Source: Desulfocapsaceae bacterium (GTDB taxonomy: Bacteria > Desulfobacterota > Desulfobulbia > Desulfobulbales > Desulfocapsaceae). Taken from it: DNA of 64,000 bases. The translations under genes and the position numbers were made by a program. The notes below the pieces were generated by a model. It worked only from the letters and a program-made list of their open reading frames with translations, was not told the DNA's origin and did not search any database. Positions within the stretch are counted from its first letter, which is position 1; each line of letters opens with the position of its first letter. Shown here in pieces: positions 20,352-30,741 of this stretch. Location of the stretch: contig JBJKQT010000107.1 of NCBI GenBank assembly GCA_046705065.1, forward strand, positions 7,836 to 71,835. The letters are read 5' to 3'.

Positions 20352-22229
20352 TTATGGTCTGGAAAACCATTTTTTGATCTCGTCGGCTGGAAAATATTTG
20401 ATGACGGGCCGTCCATGGGGGCAATGGCTGAAGAGATCGGCCGCGGTCATTTGATTAAGAAGCGCGTTGATCTCTTCAGAGGCAAGTCTGTCTCCGGACC
20501 TGACGGCCGTCTTGCAGGCCATATCAGCCAGGATGTCCTCGAGACGTCCCGCTCCCTGATGTAATTCTCCTTCGTTACCGAAGCGTTCCAGAATATCGAT
20601 AAACAGTCGGCCCGGATCGCATTGTCCGGCAAGCGCCGGGACGGCTGAGATGATATACGTGTTGCCTCCGAACTCCCTGATGGAAAAACCGAGGCGTTCG
20701 ATTTCCTCCTTATTCTTTTCCACAAGCTGCGATTGAAAACGGGAGAGTTCCACCGTCTGGGCAAAGAGAAGGTTTTGGGCGGCGATCTTTCCGCTTAAAA
20801 ATTGATTTTTAAGCTTTTCGAACAGCAGCCGTTCGTGCGCGGCATGCTGGTCAATGACAACCAAGGTGTCGCCTGACCGGCAAAAGATATAGAGATCGAG
20901 AAACCGGCCGATGATCTCCAATCCATGGCTTTTTGGTAACTCACGGGTGGGAAGAGGATCGTTTTCGGCTTGCCTGTTATTTCCCATTGTTTTCTCATGG
21001 GGACGGCAAACTATGGTTCCCCCAGTCCTGGCGAAGGCAGGGCTGGGCTCTTCGGTAACAGGAAGGGAGTATGGAATTTGATCAGCTGATGTTTGGTCAG
21101 GATATCGGAGAGGTCGCGGGCGGTATTCTGATTTGGTTGGCGCGGAGGAGGCAGCAGGTGAAGGTGGAGTATTTGGTTGATGTGGTTGAGCTTTTTCCTC
21201 TTCGCGTCGAAAAAAAATTTCAGTTTTTATTGCTCCTTGAAGCTCGTGCAGAGCTTCTTGCACGGTTCGGCAGATCATTTCGTGAATGTCATGGCTGCTT
21301 CTGAAACGAACCTCATGTTTTGCAGGATGGACATTTACGTCCACCTCGTCTGCAGGCAGATGAAGATGAAGCAGCCCTGCCGGGCCTTTACCTTTCTGTA
21401 GAAATCCACGCATGCCCTCTGCCGCAGCGTGAATCATCATTCGGTCTTTGATTGCCCGGCCGTTGACGAAGAGCCGGAGCACCGAGGCCACCGCTACCTG
21501 GGCCTCGGGCGGGACCAGAAGACCGTGAACATACCGTGTTGCCTGGCGAGGAGAAGGGTTTCCCACCTCGATAAAGGCGCCTTTGTAGCGCATGATGGCG
21601 GCCAGCCGCCGGTTTAAGGGAAGGCCGCCGTCCAAGTGGAGTGCCTCTTTATCGTCAATGCGCAGGATAAAGGAAATGTTCGGAGAGGCGAGCGCCGAGT
21701 TTTTGACGACTTCGTCGATATGGCCCAACTCGGTGCGCACGGTGCGCAGGAATTTGCGGCGGGCAGGTGTGTTGCCGAAGAGATTCCGGACCTCGATTAC
21801 CGTACCGCGGGGGCATCCGGTCTCATGCACCTTGACCAACTTCCCGTAATCGGCTACCACCTGGGTGCCCAGTTCCTTTCCCTGGGGCCGGGAGGTGATA
21901 GTCAGTTTCGCTACCGATCCGATGGACGGAATGGCTTCTCCTCGAAAGCCCAATGTTCTTATGGCATCAAGATCATCATCATTTTGAATTTTTGATGTCC
22001 CATGTCGTTCCAGGCTGAGCAGAATATCGTCTTCATCCATCCCTTCACCGTTGTCGATGACACGCATCAGGTGCGTACCGCCACCTTGCACTTCGATTTC
22101 AATGCGGTCGGCTCCGGCGTCGAGGCTGTTTTCCAGGAGTTCCTTGATGACCGAGGCTGGGCGCTCGACGACTTCTCCTGCTGCAATACGGTTGGCGAGG
22201 TGTTCGGGGAGGATGCGGATCTTCGACAT
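20352..22229 (-). CDS. mutL: DNA mismatch repair protein MutL
   Basis: N-terminal GHKL ATPase IAAGEVVERPASVIKELLENSLDAGA, plus a C-terminal dimerisation domain containing QHAAHERLLFE. Confidence 0.9.
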   Translation of the reverse strand: MSKIRILPEHLANRIAAGEVVERPASVIKELLENSLDAGADRIEIEVQGGGTHLMRVIDNGEGMDEDDILLSLERHGTSKIQNDDDLDAIRTLGFRGEAIPSIGSVAKLTITSRPQGKELGTQVVADYGKLVKVHETGCPRGTVIEVRNLFGNTPARRKFLRTVRTELGHIDEVVKNSALASPNISFILRIDDKEALHLDGGLPLNRRLAAIMRYKGAFIEVGNPSPRQATRYVHGLLVPPEAQVAVASVLRLFVNGRAIKDRMMIHAAAEGMRGFLQKGKGPAGLLHLHLPADEVDVNVHPAKHEVRFRSSHDIHEMICRTVQEALHELQGAIKTEIFFRREEEKAQPHQPNTPPSPAASSAPTKSEYRPRPLRYPDQTSADQIPYSLPVTEEPSPAFARTGGTIVCRPHEKTMGNNRQAENDPLPTRELPKSHGLEIIGRFLDLYIFCRSGDTLVVIDQHAAHERLLFEKLKNQFLSGKIAAQNLLFAQTVELSRFQSQLVEKNKEEIERLGFSIREFGGNTYIISAVPALAGQCDPGRLFIDILERFGNEGELHQGAGRLEDILADMACKTAVRSGDRLASEEINALLNQMTAADLFSHCPHGRPVIKYFPADEIKKWFSRP

Positions 22230-22450
22230 GAAAAATCAGTGATGTTGAACCAGATAGACTATGGTAAAAGGACAAAGTCCGTTTGTTGAACATTTATGAA
22301 AATACGATTCTACCACGTGATGCCGTATTTGTCATGCCGGGATAATATTTCCCGGTGGAAGTCCGGAATCGAAGATCGACTGCTCTTGCCGTCGACGTTT
22401 GTTTCTTGCAGCCCCTAAAGGTCATTGATAATTCATTTAATAGGTTGGCA

Positions 22451-23002
22451 ATGGAAAACGCATCAATGCTGCCGCATCTCTACGATCTTATTTATGGCGG
22501 AGAAATAGGCGCGAAACTGGAAGTGACAAAGAGACTTTTCCTTTTTTATGGAGAACAACTGGCAAAGGATCCGCAAGTGTCGGCGTACATGACAAGTGCG
22601 CTTGGTTTGCACAAAGCCCTCCGGCGACAGATGGAGTTGATGGAGATGGACCGCATCTGCACCGAGTGCGCGCAAGGAAAGGGCGGTGGATGTTGCAGCG
22701 CGGCCTTTGCCGGAGAAACCGATGTGATCCAGCTGTTGATGAATTTGCTGGCCGGGGTCGTCGTGGACGTTCAGCACAACAACGAAAAAGAGTGTTGTTA
22801 TCTCGGACCGAAGGGATGCATCTTCCTGTTCAAACCGATATTCTGTCTCAACTACAATTGCCCCCGCATTACTTCTGGCGGCCGGCAGCACGCCCTTTTG
22901 ACCCTGGAGCAGAGAACCGGAAAGCTGCTCAGTGCCCAACACGACCTGGAAAACAGGCTGATCGATTTTTTAAGAAAAAAAGAGAAAGTTTTGCAACCTT
23001 GA
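22451..23002 (+). CDS. Cys-rich protein, YkgJ/UPF0153-like putative metal-chelating domain
   Basis: CTECAQGKGGGCCS ... CCYLGPKGC ... CLNYNC cysteine pattern. The start is uncertain; the ORF opens at 22355. Confidence 0.4.
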   Translation: MENASMLPHLYDLIYGGEIGAKLEVTKRLFLFYGEQLAKDPQVSAYMTSALGLHKALRRQMELMEMDRICTECAQGKGGGCCSAAFAGETDVIQLLMNLLAGVVVDVQHNNEKECCYLGPKGCIFLFKPIFCLNYNCPRITSGGRQHALLTLEQRTGKLLSAQHDLENRLIDFLRKKEKVLQP

Positions 23003-23360
23003 TTTTATAGTTGTCGGTTAATTACCAGACAGTAATCCTGCCATAAAAGGCTCAGACAGCCTCCCGTATATAGTAAAAATCCTCCGCTTTCCCTTCACTT
23101 GCAGAAATGCTGGTCAGTGGGATTGTTTCCACACACGATGCCCTCATTGGAATGTACGTAGATCCTTTTTAATATCTGCGGGCAAGAGGGGAATAGATTT
23201 GACGCCTTCTGTGACATCTGAGAAGATAATACTAAGAATTTAGATCTAAGACGGAACAGTCATAGATTTTTTCAATACCAGGAAGTTGTGTGGCATTGTT
23301 CCGTGGATTTTTCGTTAATGTGTATGACGCAGATTTGCAAAGAAAAATGAGGATACTGGG

Positions 23361-26000
23361 ATGAAAAAGGACAGGTACCGGGAGTTCTTTGAGCGCTCCG
23401 CAGATGCCATTTTAATCATCGAGGATAACAGGTTTGTTGATTGCAATGATGCCGCCGTAAAAATGCTCCGGTATGGAAATAAAAACGAGCTGTTGAATAT
23501 TCACCCTTCCGAACTTTCTCCCCAATTTCAGCCAGATGGCCGAGTGTCGTATGAAAAGGCGGATGAAATGATGAAGTTGGCCTTTAAAAACGGCACTCAC
23601 CGATTTGAATGGAACCACAAGCGGGCCGACGGAGAAGTGTTTCCGGTTGAGGTTTCACTTACATCCGTCTCTGATGGTGTCACCGCCAGCCTTCACGTTG
23701 TCTGGAGGGAGATTTCCGACCGAAAAAAAATAGAAGAGAGTCTGCGTCGTCTTACTTCCATTGTTGAAACCACGAGCGACCTGGTGGCGACAGTGACTCG
23801 GAATGGCAGGATTATGTACATGAATTATTCTGGCAGAAGGATGTTGGGATGGAATCTGGATGATGACCTTGATGGCAAAAATATCCATGACGTCCATTCC
23901 AGGCAAAGCCTCGAAATCGTACTACAGGAAGGACTTCCGGTCGCAATGGAGAAAGGTATCTGGCATGGTGAAACGACGATTATCGATAAACAGGGAAAAG
24001 ATATACCGGTTTCTCAAGTGATTATGGCTCACAAAAACAGGCAAGGGCTGGTCGAGTATCTCTCGACAATAATGCGTGATGTTTCAGAGAGGAAAAAATC
24101 GGAACAATTTCTCACGAACATCATTAACACGGTTGCAGACCCTATTTTCGTAAAAGACCATGAACACCGATTCGTGGTACTCAATGAGGCATTTTGCGAA
24201 TTTGTCGGCTTCCCGCTGGATGAACTTCTGCATAAAAGCGATTTTGATTTTTTTCCAACGGATCAGGCGAAGGAATTCTGGAAAATAGATGAGCAGGTCT
24301 TAGCTTCAGGCAATGAGAATATCAACAATGAAGTCGTTTCCGATATAAAAGGTTATACCCATATTGTGTCGACGAAAAAAACAGTCTTCGTTGACGACGA
24401 AGGAAAAAAGTTTCTGGTCGGGGTTATTCGGGATATAACAGAGCAAAAGAAGACGGAAAAAAATCTTCACGACAATCTGCATTTGCTTAACTCGATAATT
24501 GAAAATCTGCCCATCTGCGTCAAGATAATCGGTAGGGATGGTTCTCTTTTGGATATGAATCCATCGGGACTGGCCATGATAGGTGCTCCAAGTAAAGATG
24601 CTGTTGTCGGAAGGCAACTGTGCGATTTAATAGTTGAAAATGATAAGGAGGCCTTCCTTAAGTTTAACAAAGATGTCTGTGAAGGGAAAAAAAGTAGCCT
24701 GAGGTTCAGTATGAAAGCCCTCGACGGATCCCTTCATGTTATGGATTCTTTCGCAGTTCCTCTTTATTATGGGCCAAAGGATGAAATCGTACAGCTTGGT
24801 ATAACCAGAGATATTACCAAACGGATAGCTGCTGAAAGAGAAAAGGTAAAACTGGAAAGCAGGTTGCAACAATCGCAAAAAATGGAGGCCATAGGTACTC
24901 TTGCTGGCGGTATTGCTCATGATTTTAATAATATACTCTCTGCTATTCTTGGCTATGCCGAACTCTCGTTACTGTCTGTTCCAAAAGACAGTAACTTGTA
25001 CAAGGACCTTTCCCAGATTTTTAAAGCAGGTAACCGTGCCAGGGAACTGGTCAGGCAGATATTGACCTTCAGCAGAAGATCGGAGAGAGTGTCGAAACCG
25101 GTACGTCTTCAATTAATCATGGAAGAAACCTTGAAACTGCTACGGGCAACGTTGCCCTCAACAATTGACATTCACCAGACTATCGACAAAAGCTGCCATC
25201 CGATATTTGCCGACCCCTCTGAGATGCATCAATTACTGATGAACCTTTGCACCAATGCCTATCATGCCATGCGGGATAGCGGGGGAATACTGACGGTAAG
25301 CCTGCAAGAAATCACTGGAAACGGTGAAATGCAAAACGGGGTGGCGGAACTCTCCCCCGGGAACCATTCAAAAATTGAAATTCGCGATACCGGTATCGGG
25401 ATGACTAAAGAAACCGCAAGTCGGATTTTCGAACCGTATTTCACTACGAAAAATCCGGGAGAAGGAACCGGACTGGGGTTGTCGGTTGTCCATGGCGTTG
25501 TTAAGAGCAATGGAGGGTGGATTACTGTAGAGAGCGAGCCAGGTATGGGAACGGTGTTCGCCGTATATTTTCCCTGTATCGCAGATGACGAGAAGATCGA
25601 TGAAGTATTGGTTCCTTTGGATTTGCCGGGGGGAAATGAACATATTTTGCTTGTCGACGATGAACCTATTCTGGTGGAAATGTTGGGAAGGACCATGGAA
25701 CAGCTTGGCTACAAGGTGGATTCGTTGACTAAGAGTGTCGAGGCCCTCGCTTTGTTTAGTAAAAAACCGGACGCCTTTGACCTCGTTATAACCGACATGA
25801 CAATGCCTGAGTTAACAGGGGATCGACTTGCTGAGGAACTGCTTCTCATCCGCTCCGATATTCCCATTATACTGTGCACGGGGTTTAGTGAGAAAATAGA
25901 TGAGGTGCAGGCAAAAAAAATTGGAATCCGGAGACTTGTCTCCAAACCCATTTCACAAAAAGACCTGGCATATACAATTCGGGAGGTTCTATCTCTATGA
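23361..26000 (+). CDS. multi-PAS hybrid sensor histidine kinase with C-terminal receiver domain
   Basis: Several PAS-like repeats. HisKA box HDFNNILSAILGYAEL, HATPase motif GTGLGLSVVHG, and receiver ILLVDDEP...DLVITDMTMPELTG. Confidence 0.85.
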   Translation: MKKDRYREFFERSADAILIIEDNRFVDCNDAAVKMLRYGNKNELLNIHPSELSPQFQPDGRVSYEKADEMMKLAFKNGTHRFEWNHKRADGEVFPVEVSLTSVSDGVTASLHVVWREISDRKKIEESLRRLTSIVETTSDLVATVTRNGRIMYMNYSGRRMLGWNLDDDLDGKNIHDVHSRQSLEIVLQEGLPVAMEKGIWHGETTIIDKQGKDIPVSQVIMAHKNRQGLVEYLSTIMRDVSERKKSEQFLTNIINTVADPIFVKDHEHRFVVLNEAFCEFVGFPLDELLHKSDFDFFPTDQAKEFWKIDEQVLASGNENINNEVVSDIKGYTHIVSTKKTVFVDDEGKKFLVGVIRDITEQKKTEKNLHDNLHLLNSIIENLPICVKIIGRDGSLLDMNPSGLAMIGAPSKDAVVGRQLCDLIVENDKEAFLKFNKDVCEGKKSSLRFSMKALDGSLHVMDSFAVPLYYGPKDEIVQLGITRDITKRIAAEREKVKLESRLQQSQKMEAIGTLAGGIAHDFNNILSAILGYAELSLLSVPKDSNLYKDLSQIFKAGNRARELVRQILTFSRRSERVSKPVRLQLIMEETLKLLRATLPSTIDIHQTIDKSCHPIFADPSEMHQLLMNLCTNAYHAMRDSGGILTVSLQEITGNGEMQNGVAELSPGNHSKIEIRDTGIGMTKETASRIFEPYFTTKNPGEGTGLGLSVVHGVVKSNGGWITVESEPGMGTVFAVYFPCIADDEKIDEVLVPLDLPGGNEHILLVDDEPILVEMLGRTMEQLGYKVDSLTKSVEALALFSKKPDAFDLVITDMTMPELTGDRLAEELLLIRSDIPIILCTGFSEKIDEVQAKKIGIRRLVSKPISQKDLAYTIREVLSL

Positions 26001-26127
26001 CGGAAGTGTTGTCGGCAATGATCTGAAGTGTATTTACTGATTTCTGCTACACAGGCCCGAGGGCTATTTTTTTTTCTTTTTTTGATGCCGTTCTTTTCGG
26101 AATCACTCCCTTCCATCCTTTTCCATT

Positions 26128-27129
26128 TCAGGCTGCGGGATAGTCTGCATATGTCTTTTCGTATTCCAAAACCTCTTGCTCGGAACCGATGGCAAACGGA
26201 ATGCGCTGATGGATGGTATCCGGGCATATCTCCATGACCCGTCTTCTGCCTGTGGTCGCTCCCCCTCCTGCCTGTTCTGCGATCATAGCCAGAGGAGCAC
26301 ACTCATAAAGCAACCGCAATTTTCCGGACGACCGCTTTTCGTCTTCCGGGTAGAAGTAAATGCCGCCTTTGTGAAGGATTTGGTGCAGGTCTGCCACCAA
26401 TGCTCCCGAATAACGCAGCGTATAGGATCCTCCGGTTCCCAAGAGCAGTGAATCCGCAAAGACACGGGCGGGCTCTGCCCATCGTTTTCGATTGCCGAAG
26501 TTGGCGCTTATGATCTTGCCGTGAGGCGGCATTCGGATATATTCGTGATCGAGAACAAATTCTCCGATGGCTTCGTCCAACACGAAGCTGTGGACACCGT
26601 CTCCTGAGGTGTAGACAAACAGGATTGACGGACCGTACATGATATAGCCGGCGCCGACCTGTTTAGATCCCTCTTCCAGGATATCCTCATGTCGAGGGCT
26701 GTGGAATTTGCGAATGGAAAAAATCGATCCCGTCATGCAATCCACCTCTAAATTTGACGAACCGTCCAGCGGATCGACCAGAACGACATATTTTGTCAGG
26801 TCGTTCTTCGCATGCAGAATCAGGGGGTGCTCCATTTCTTCGGAAACAAGGGCACCAACGATATCGACATATTCGAAGGCTTCCATGAAGGCATTGTTGC
26901 TTAATCTATCCATTTTTTCGACTTCTTCGCCCTGCACATTGGTTTCGCCTGTCATTCCTTTAATTCCGAGCAGTGCCGCACGGCGAGCATAGCTGGCTAT
27001 AATTTTGGCAACTGTGCTGAGTTGCAAAACAACCCTGGTCAGCTCTCCGCTGGCTTCCGGATGCATCTGCTGCTGGTGAATCAGAAAACGACCAAGAGTC
27101 ATGTGTTTGCTTCCATGTTTATGCATCAT
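26128..27129 (-). CDS. fbp: fructose-1,6-bisphosphatase class 1
   Basis: Full-length FBPase I similarity, including GEEVEKMDRLSN, DPLDGSSN and GGIYFYP. Confidence 0.9.
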   Translation of the reverse strand: MMHKHGSKHMTLGRFLIHQQQMHPEASGELTRVVLQLSTVAKIIASYARRAALLGIKGMTGETNVQGEEVEKMDRLSNNAFMEAFEYVDIVGALVSEEMEHPLILHAKNDLTKYVVLVDPLDGSSNLEVDCMTGSIFSIRKFHSPRHEDILEEGSKQVGAGYIMYGPSILFVYTSGDGVHSFVLDEAIGEFVLDHEYIRMPPHGKIISANFGNRKRWAEPARVFADSLLLGTGGSYTLRYSGALVADLHQILHKGGIYFYPEDEKRSSGKLRLLYECAPLAMIAEQAGGGATTGRRRVMEICPDTIHQRIPFAIGSEQEVLEYEKTYADYPAA

Positions 27130-27556
27130 TCACCTCCTCTTGATGAAAGGTCAGTTGTGTTAGGGTGGGGAACGTCGTCAAATAGGGTTACTTCTAAAAG
27201 TATGCATGATTTTCTTGGAGTACACCAGGACAAACATGCTTTGGGAGGGTGTTTTCGAAGTACGGCGATATATCCGATCCAAAATGATTTTTCCGACTTC
27301 CCGGTGGCCAATAAAAAAATTGCTACAAGGGCATCTATCAGCTAAGATGAAAAATCCCAGGTAAGGAAATATGGGATGCAGGGAAGGATACTTGGGATTG
27401 GTTGCAAAAGCGGTTGAGCAATACACGGTTTTCTTCTCCGGAGTTCGGGCCGAGCCCGGTCCGTATCGCCTCGCTTCCTTTCGTTGCGCAAGCGGGGATA
27501 CTACAGAGAGCCGGCTAGCTGTATCGTCGCCGGATCAAGAAAAGGAGTTGGATACA

Positions 27557-27802
27557 ATGAAAAAGGGTCAATGCCCGAAATGCGGGTCCAAAGAGGTTTA
27601 TTCCGGGGCCGATATTCCATTGAAAAGCGGTCCGTTTGCCGGAAACGCCATCCCCATCAGTCTGACCTCCATGGCGGCGCTGGATAATTATGTCTGTGTG
27701 GCATGCGGTCTGGTGGAGAGTTATATTGCGGACCCTGACAAGCTTGAAGAGGTGGCCCAACGCTGGGTTAAAGTCGAGTCGGGTGCCGAGGATGAAAAAT
27801 AA
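27557..27802 (+). CDS. small zinc-ribbon protein
   Basis: An AAGGAG RBS lies 9 nt upstream of ATG 27557. CPKCGS ... CVACG is a four-cysteine ribbon. The longer ORF from 27371 lacks coding character upstream of this ATG. Confidence 0.5.
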   Translation: MKKGQCPKCGSKEVYSGADIPLKSGPFAGNAIPISLTSMAALDNYVCVACGLVESYIADPDKLEEVAQRWVKVESGAEDEK

Positions 27803-27841
27803 TATGCAGATCATGAACCGAAAAACGGTGAAACGAATCCC

Positions 27842-29521
27842 ATGAAAGGACTACGCCGCTTCGGGGCCATAACACGGGTTTTGGTCAAGCATGGTTTCGG
27901 CAACATAACCGAAAACATGTTCCGGAGAGGGGGAGTAGAGGATGATGCCGATGCCGACGAGAGTCCCAGGATGCGGCAGGCGTTTCATTCTCCCGTTCGC
28001 ATTCGCAGAATGCTCGAAGAACTGGGCCCCAGTTTTATCAAGCTGGGGCAGTTGATGAGTGTCCGCGCTGATATCTTCCCGCCGGAATACACGGAAGAGT
28101 TCAAAAAGCTCCAGGACAGCATTCCTCCGGTATCCTTCTCTTCCATCAAATCAGTCGTGGAAGCTGATTTGGGGGCGCCTTTAGACGACATCTTTTCTGA
28201 ATTTTCCTCCGAATCCATGGCTGCAGCATCAGTGGCACAGGTGCATGAGGCCCGGCTTTTAAACGGCGACCGTGTGGCCGTCAAAGTTATTCGGCCGGGG
28301 ATAGAGAAAAAGATTAGCGACGATATCCACTTGATGCGTTTCTTTGCGAAAAAGCTTGAAAAAATGTTCGAGCTGGCTCGTGTAATCGGGGCCGTAAACC
28401 TGGTACAGGAATTCGAGAGGACGGTTTTCCGGGAACTTGACATGTATATTGAAGGCGGCAATATCGACAAGTTCGCAGTTAACTTCAAAGGAAGCCAAGA
28501 AATCTACACTGCCCGGGTCTATTGGGAGCACACGGCCAAATCCGTGCTTGTGATGGAGTATATCGACGGCATCAAGATGGATGAAGTGGACAAGATCCGC
28601 AAGGCCGGCATAGATCCCAAAGAAGTCGCCATGATCGGCCTCCGGTCATTTTCCCGCCAGCTGATGGATTTCGGCTTCTTTCATGCCGATCCTCATCCCG
28701 GAAACACCATCGTCATGTACGACGGGCGAGTCAGCCTTGTGGATTTCGGGATCATCGGTTACCTGGACGAAGAGGCGATGATGCAGGTGGCCAATATCTT
28801 TCTTGGGTATGCCGAACACGACTACGACTTGGTCATGGACGCGTTCCGTGAGGCCGGGCTCATTGACGAAAACCACATCGACCTGAAGCAGTTTCGTATA
28901 GATCTCAAAGATATGAGTGAACCATTTTACGGTCGATCTCTTCAAACCATAGCGGTAAAAGACGTCTATGAACAGGCCATGCGGCTGGCGTATAAATACC
29001 ACATCCGGTTCCCGCGGAACATGCTCCTTCTACTCAAGACCTTTGTTCAGACGGAGGCTTTGGGAAAGATCTTAGGCAGCGATGCCAGCATACTGGAGGT
29101 CACAAAACCATACGCAAAAGAGCTTGTGAAGCGGGGCTACGACGCTCAAAAGCTCCTGAAAAATCTGGACCGGGAAGCCCGAAACATGGGCTATTATCTG
29201 AAAATGCTGCCCCGGCTGGCCCACACAATCTTCAAACGGACGGCCGAGGGCGGACATCGAATTGAGATACGGCATAGTGGTTTTGATCCGGTCGCGGGGA
29301 AATTGGAGCGGGGGCTCAACAGGGCCGTGATGGCAATAATCATAGCCGCCTCAACCATTGCCGCTTCACTTGTACTCAATTCTCCACTCAAAGTGGCGGA
29401 AATCACCCTTGGCAGGTTTACTTTTTCCGTAACTTTTCTTCTCGGCGTTACCGGCTATTGTATTGCAACCCTTTTGGGAATATGGCTCATTATCTCCATT
29501 TTCAGGTCGGGAAAACTATAA
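27842..29521 (+). CDS. ubiB: ABC1/UbiB-family atypical protein kinase
   Basis: FIKLGQLMSVRADIFP, AAASVAQVH.A, VAVKVIRPG, FFHADPHPGN and two C-terminal TM helices. Confidence 0.8.
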   Translation: MKGLRRFGAITRVLVKHGFGNITENMFRRGGVEDDADADESPRMRQAFHSPVRIRRMLEELGPSFIKLGQLMSVRADIFPPEYTEEFKKLQDSIPPVSFSSIKSVVEADLGAPLDDIFSEFSSESMAAASVAQVHEARLLNGDRVAVKVIRPGIEKKISDDIHLMRFFAKKLEKMFELARVIGAVNLVQEFERTVFRELDMYIEGGNIDKFAVNFKGSQEIYTARVYWEHTAKSVLVMEYIDGIKMDEVDKIRKAGIDPKEVAMIGLRSFSRQLMDFGFFHADPHPGNTIVMYDGRVSLVDFGIIGYLDEEAMMQVANIFLGYAEHDYDLVMDAFREAGLIDENHIDLKQFRIDLKDMSEPFYGRSLQTIAVKDVYEQAMRLAYKYHIRFPRNMLLLLKTFVQTEALGKILGSDASILEVTKPYAKELVKRGYDAQKLLKNLDREARNMGYYLKMLPRLAHTIFKRTAEGGHRIEIRHSGFDPVAGKLERGLNRAVMAIIIAASTIAASLVLNSPLKVAEITLGRFTFSVTFLLGVTGYCIATLLGIWLIISIFRSGKL

Positions 29522-29535
29522 AGACATGTTGAGAA

Positions 29536-30735
29536 ATGGCTAAAACCTTCATCACCGATTCATTGACCGGCAGCCGGATTCCTTTTTTACGCGGCATTTT
29601 GATCCGTTCCCTGCAAGACAGCGGGGTGCCATTCGACAAAGCCTATGAGATAGCATCTCAAGCCCGTGACGGACTGACTCAGAAAAACGAGTTCCAGTCC
29701 ATGGAGCTTCGCGAGATGGTAGTCGATCTTCTGGCAAAAGAGGGATATTTTGATGTCATCGCAAGATATTCGGATAGATCCCTGCCCCAAGAGCCATTTA
29801 CTGTGCTGGAACGCGACGGTTCGCGCTACGGTTTCTCCACCTCCGACAATCGGCGCTTTCTCGAATCCTGCGGCCTTACGCCGGATGAATCCATGCTTGT
29901 TGTCGGTAAACTCAAAGATTCTTTGGTTCAGGAAAACCGGCGTGAGATTACGACCGATCTGCTTGGCTACAGAATATATCAAATTTTAAAGAACGAATTT
30001 GGTCCTCCCTACGATCAAAACTATCTGGTCTGGAAAAAATATCAGCGAAGCGACAGGCCTCTTTTGCTGATGATCGGCGGAGCAACCGGCAGCGGAAAAT
30101 CCACAATTGCCACCGAAATTGCCCACAGTCTCGATATCGTCAGAACCCAGTCGACGGATATGCTCAGAGAGGTGATGCGGATCATGATTCCGGAGGGGCT
30201 GCTTCCCATTCTGCATATTTCCTCGTTTCGAGCATGGCAGGCCTTGCCCAGAGTCAAAGAGCCGATTCGACCGCCGCCGGACTCCCTGTTGATCGATGGG
30301 TACTCCATGCAGGCAAGGCTGCTCGCAACGAGTTGTGAAGCCGTGATCAACAGGGCATTGAAAGAGCGCGTTTCCCTTATTCTTGAAGGCGTTCATGTCG
30401 AGCCTACGCTGCTGCAGAGAATTCCGGCCACAAGCGATGCGGTGGTGGTGATGATCATGCTTGCCGTTTTGAAACAGGAACAGCTCAAAAAACAAATCAT
30501 CGGGAGAAGCGATCAGGCGCCCGTGCGAAGAGCAAGACGATATCTCAAACATTTTCAAGAGATTTGGTCCATTCAGTCTCATCTCCTGGCGGAAGCGGAT
30601 CAAAATCAGGTACCCATTGTAATCAACGACAATAAAGAGCAGGTAATCCGCAAGATTATGAAAATCATCGTTACTGCTTTGCGGAAGGATTTCGAGACCA
30701 CCGCGGAAGAACTCTTTCCTCACATGATGAGGTGA
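29536..30735 (+). CDS. 2-phosphoglycerate kinase-like P-loop protein with N-terminal ATP-cone-like region
   Basis: IPFLRGILIRSL...AYEIA N-terminus. P-loop GGATGSGKSTIATEIAHSLDI..TQSTDMLREVMR is typical of the COG2074-type 2PGK family. Confidence 0.65.
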   Translation: MAKTFITDSLTGSRIPFLRGILIRSLQDSGVPFDKAYEIASQARDGLTQKNEFQSMELREMVVDLLAKEGYFDVIARYSDRSLPQEPFTVLERDGSRYGFSTSDNRRFLESCGLTPDESMLVVGKLKDSLVQENRREITTDLLGYRIYQILKNEFGPPYDQNYLVWKKYQRSDRPLLLMIGGATGSGKSTIATEIAHSLDIVRTQSTDMLREVMRIMIPEGLLPILHISSFRAWQALPRVKEPIRPPPDSLLIDGYSMQARLLATSCEAVINRALKERVSLILEGVHVEPTLLQRIPATSDAVVVMIMLAVLKQEQLKKQIIGRSDQAPVRRARRYLKHFQEIWSIQSHLLAEADQNQVPIVINDNKEQVIRKIMKIIVTALRKDFETTAEELFPHMMR

Positions 30736-30741
30736 ACCGGC

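Noticed and set aside
26060-26095. The GGCCCGAGGGC hairpin plus T-run between the convergent histidine kinase and fbp genes as a terminator.
   Set aside because: The stem is only 3-4 bp with a very small loop. The T-run is real, but the hairpin is too weak to call.
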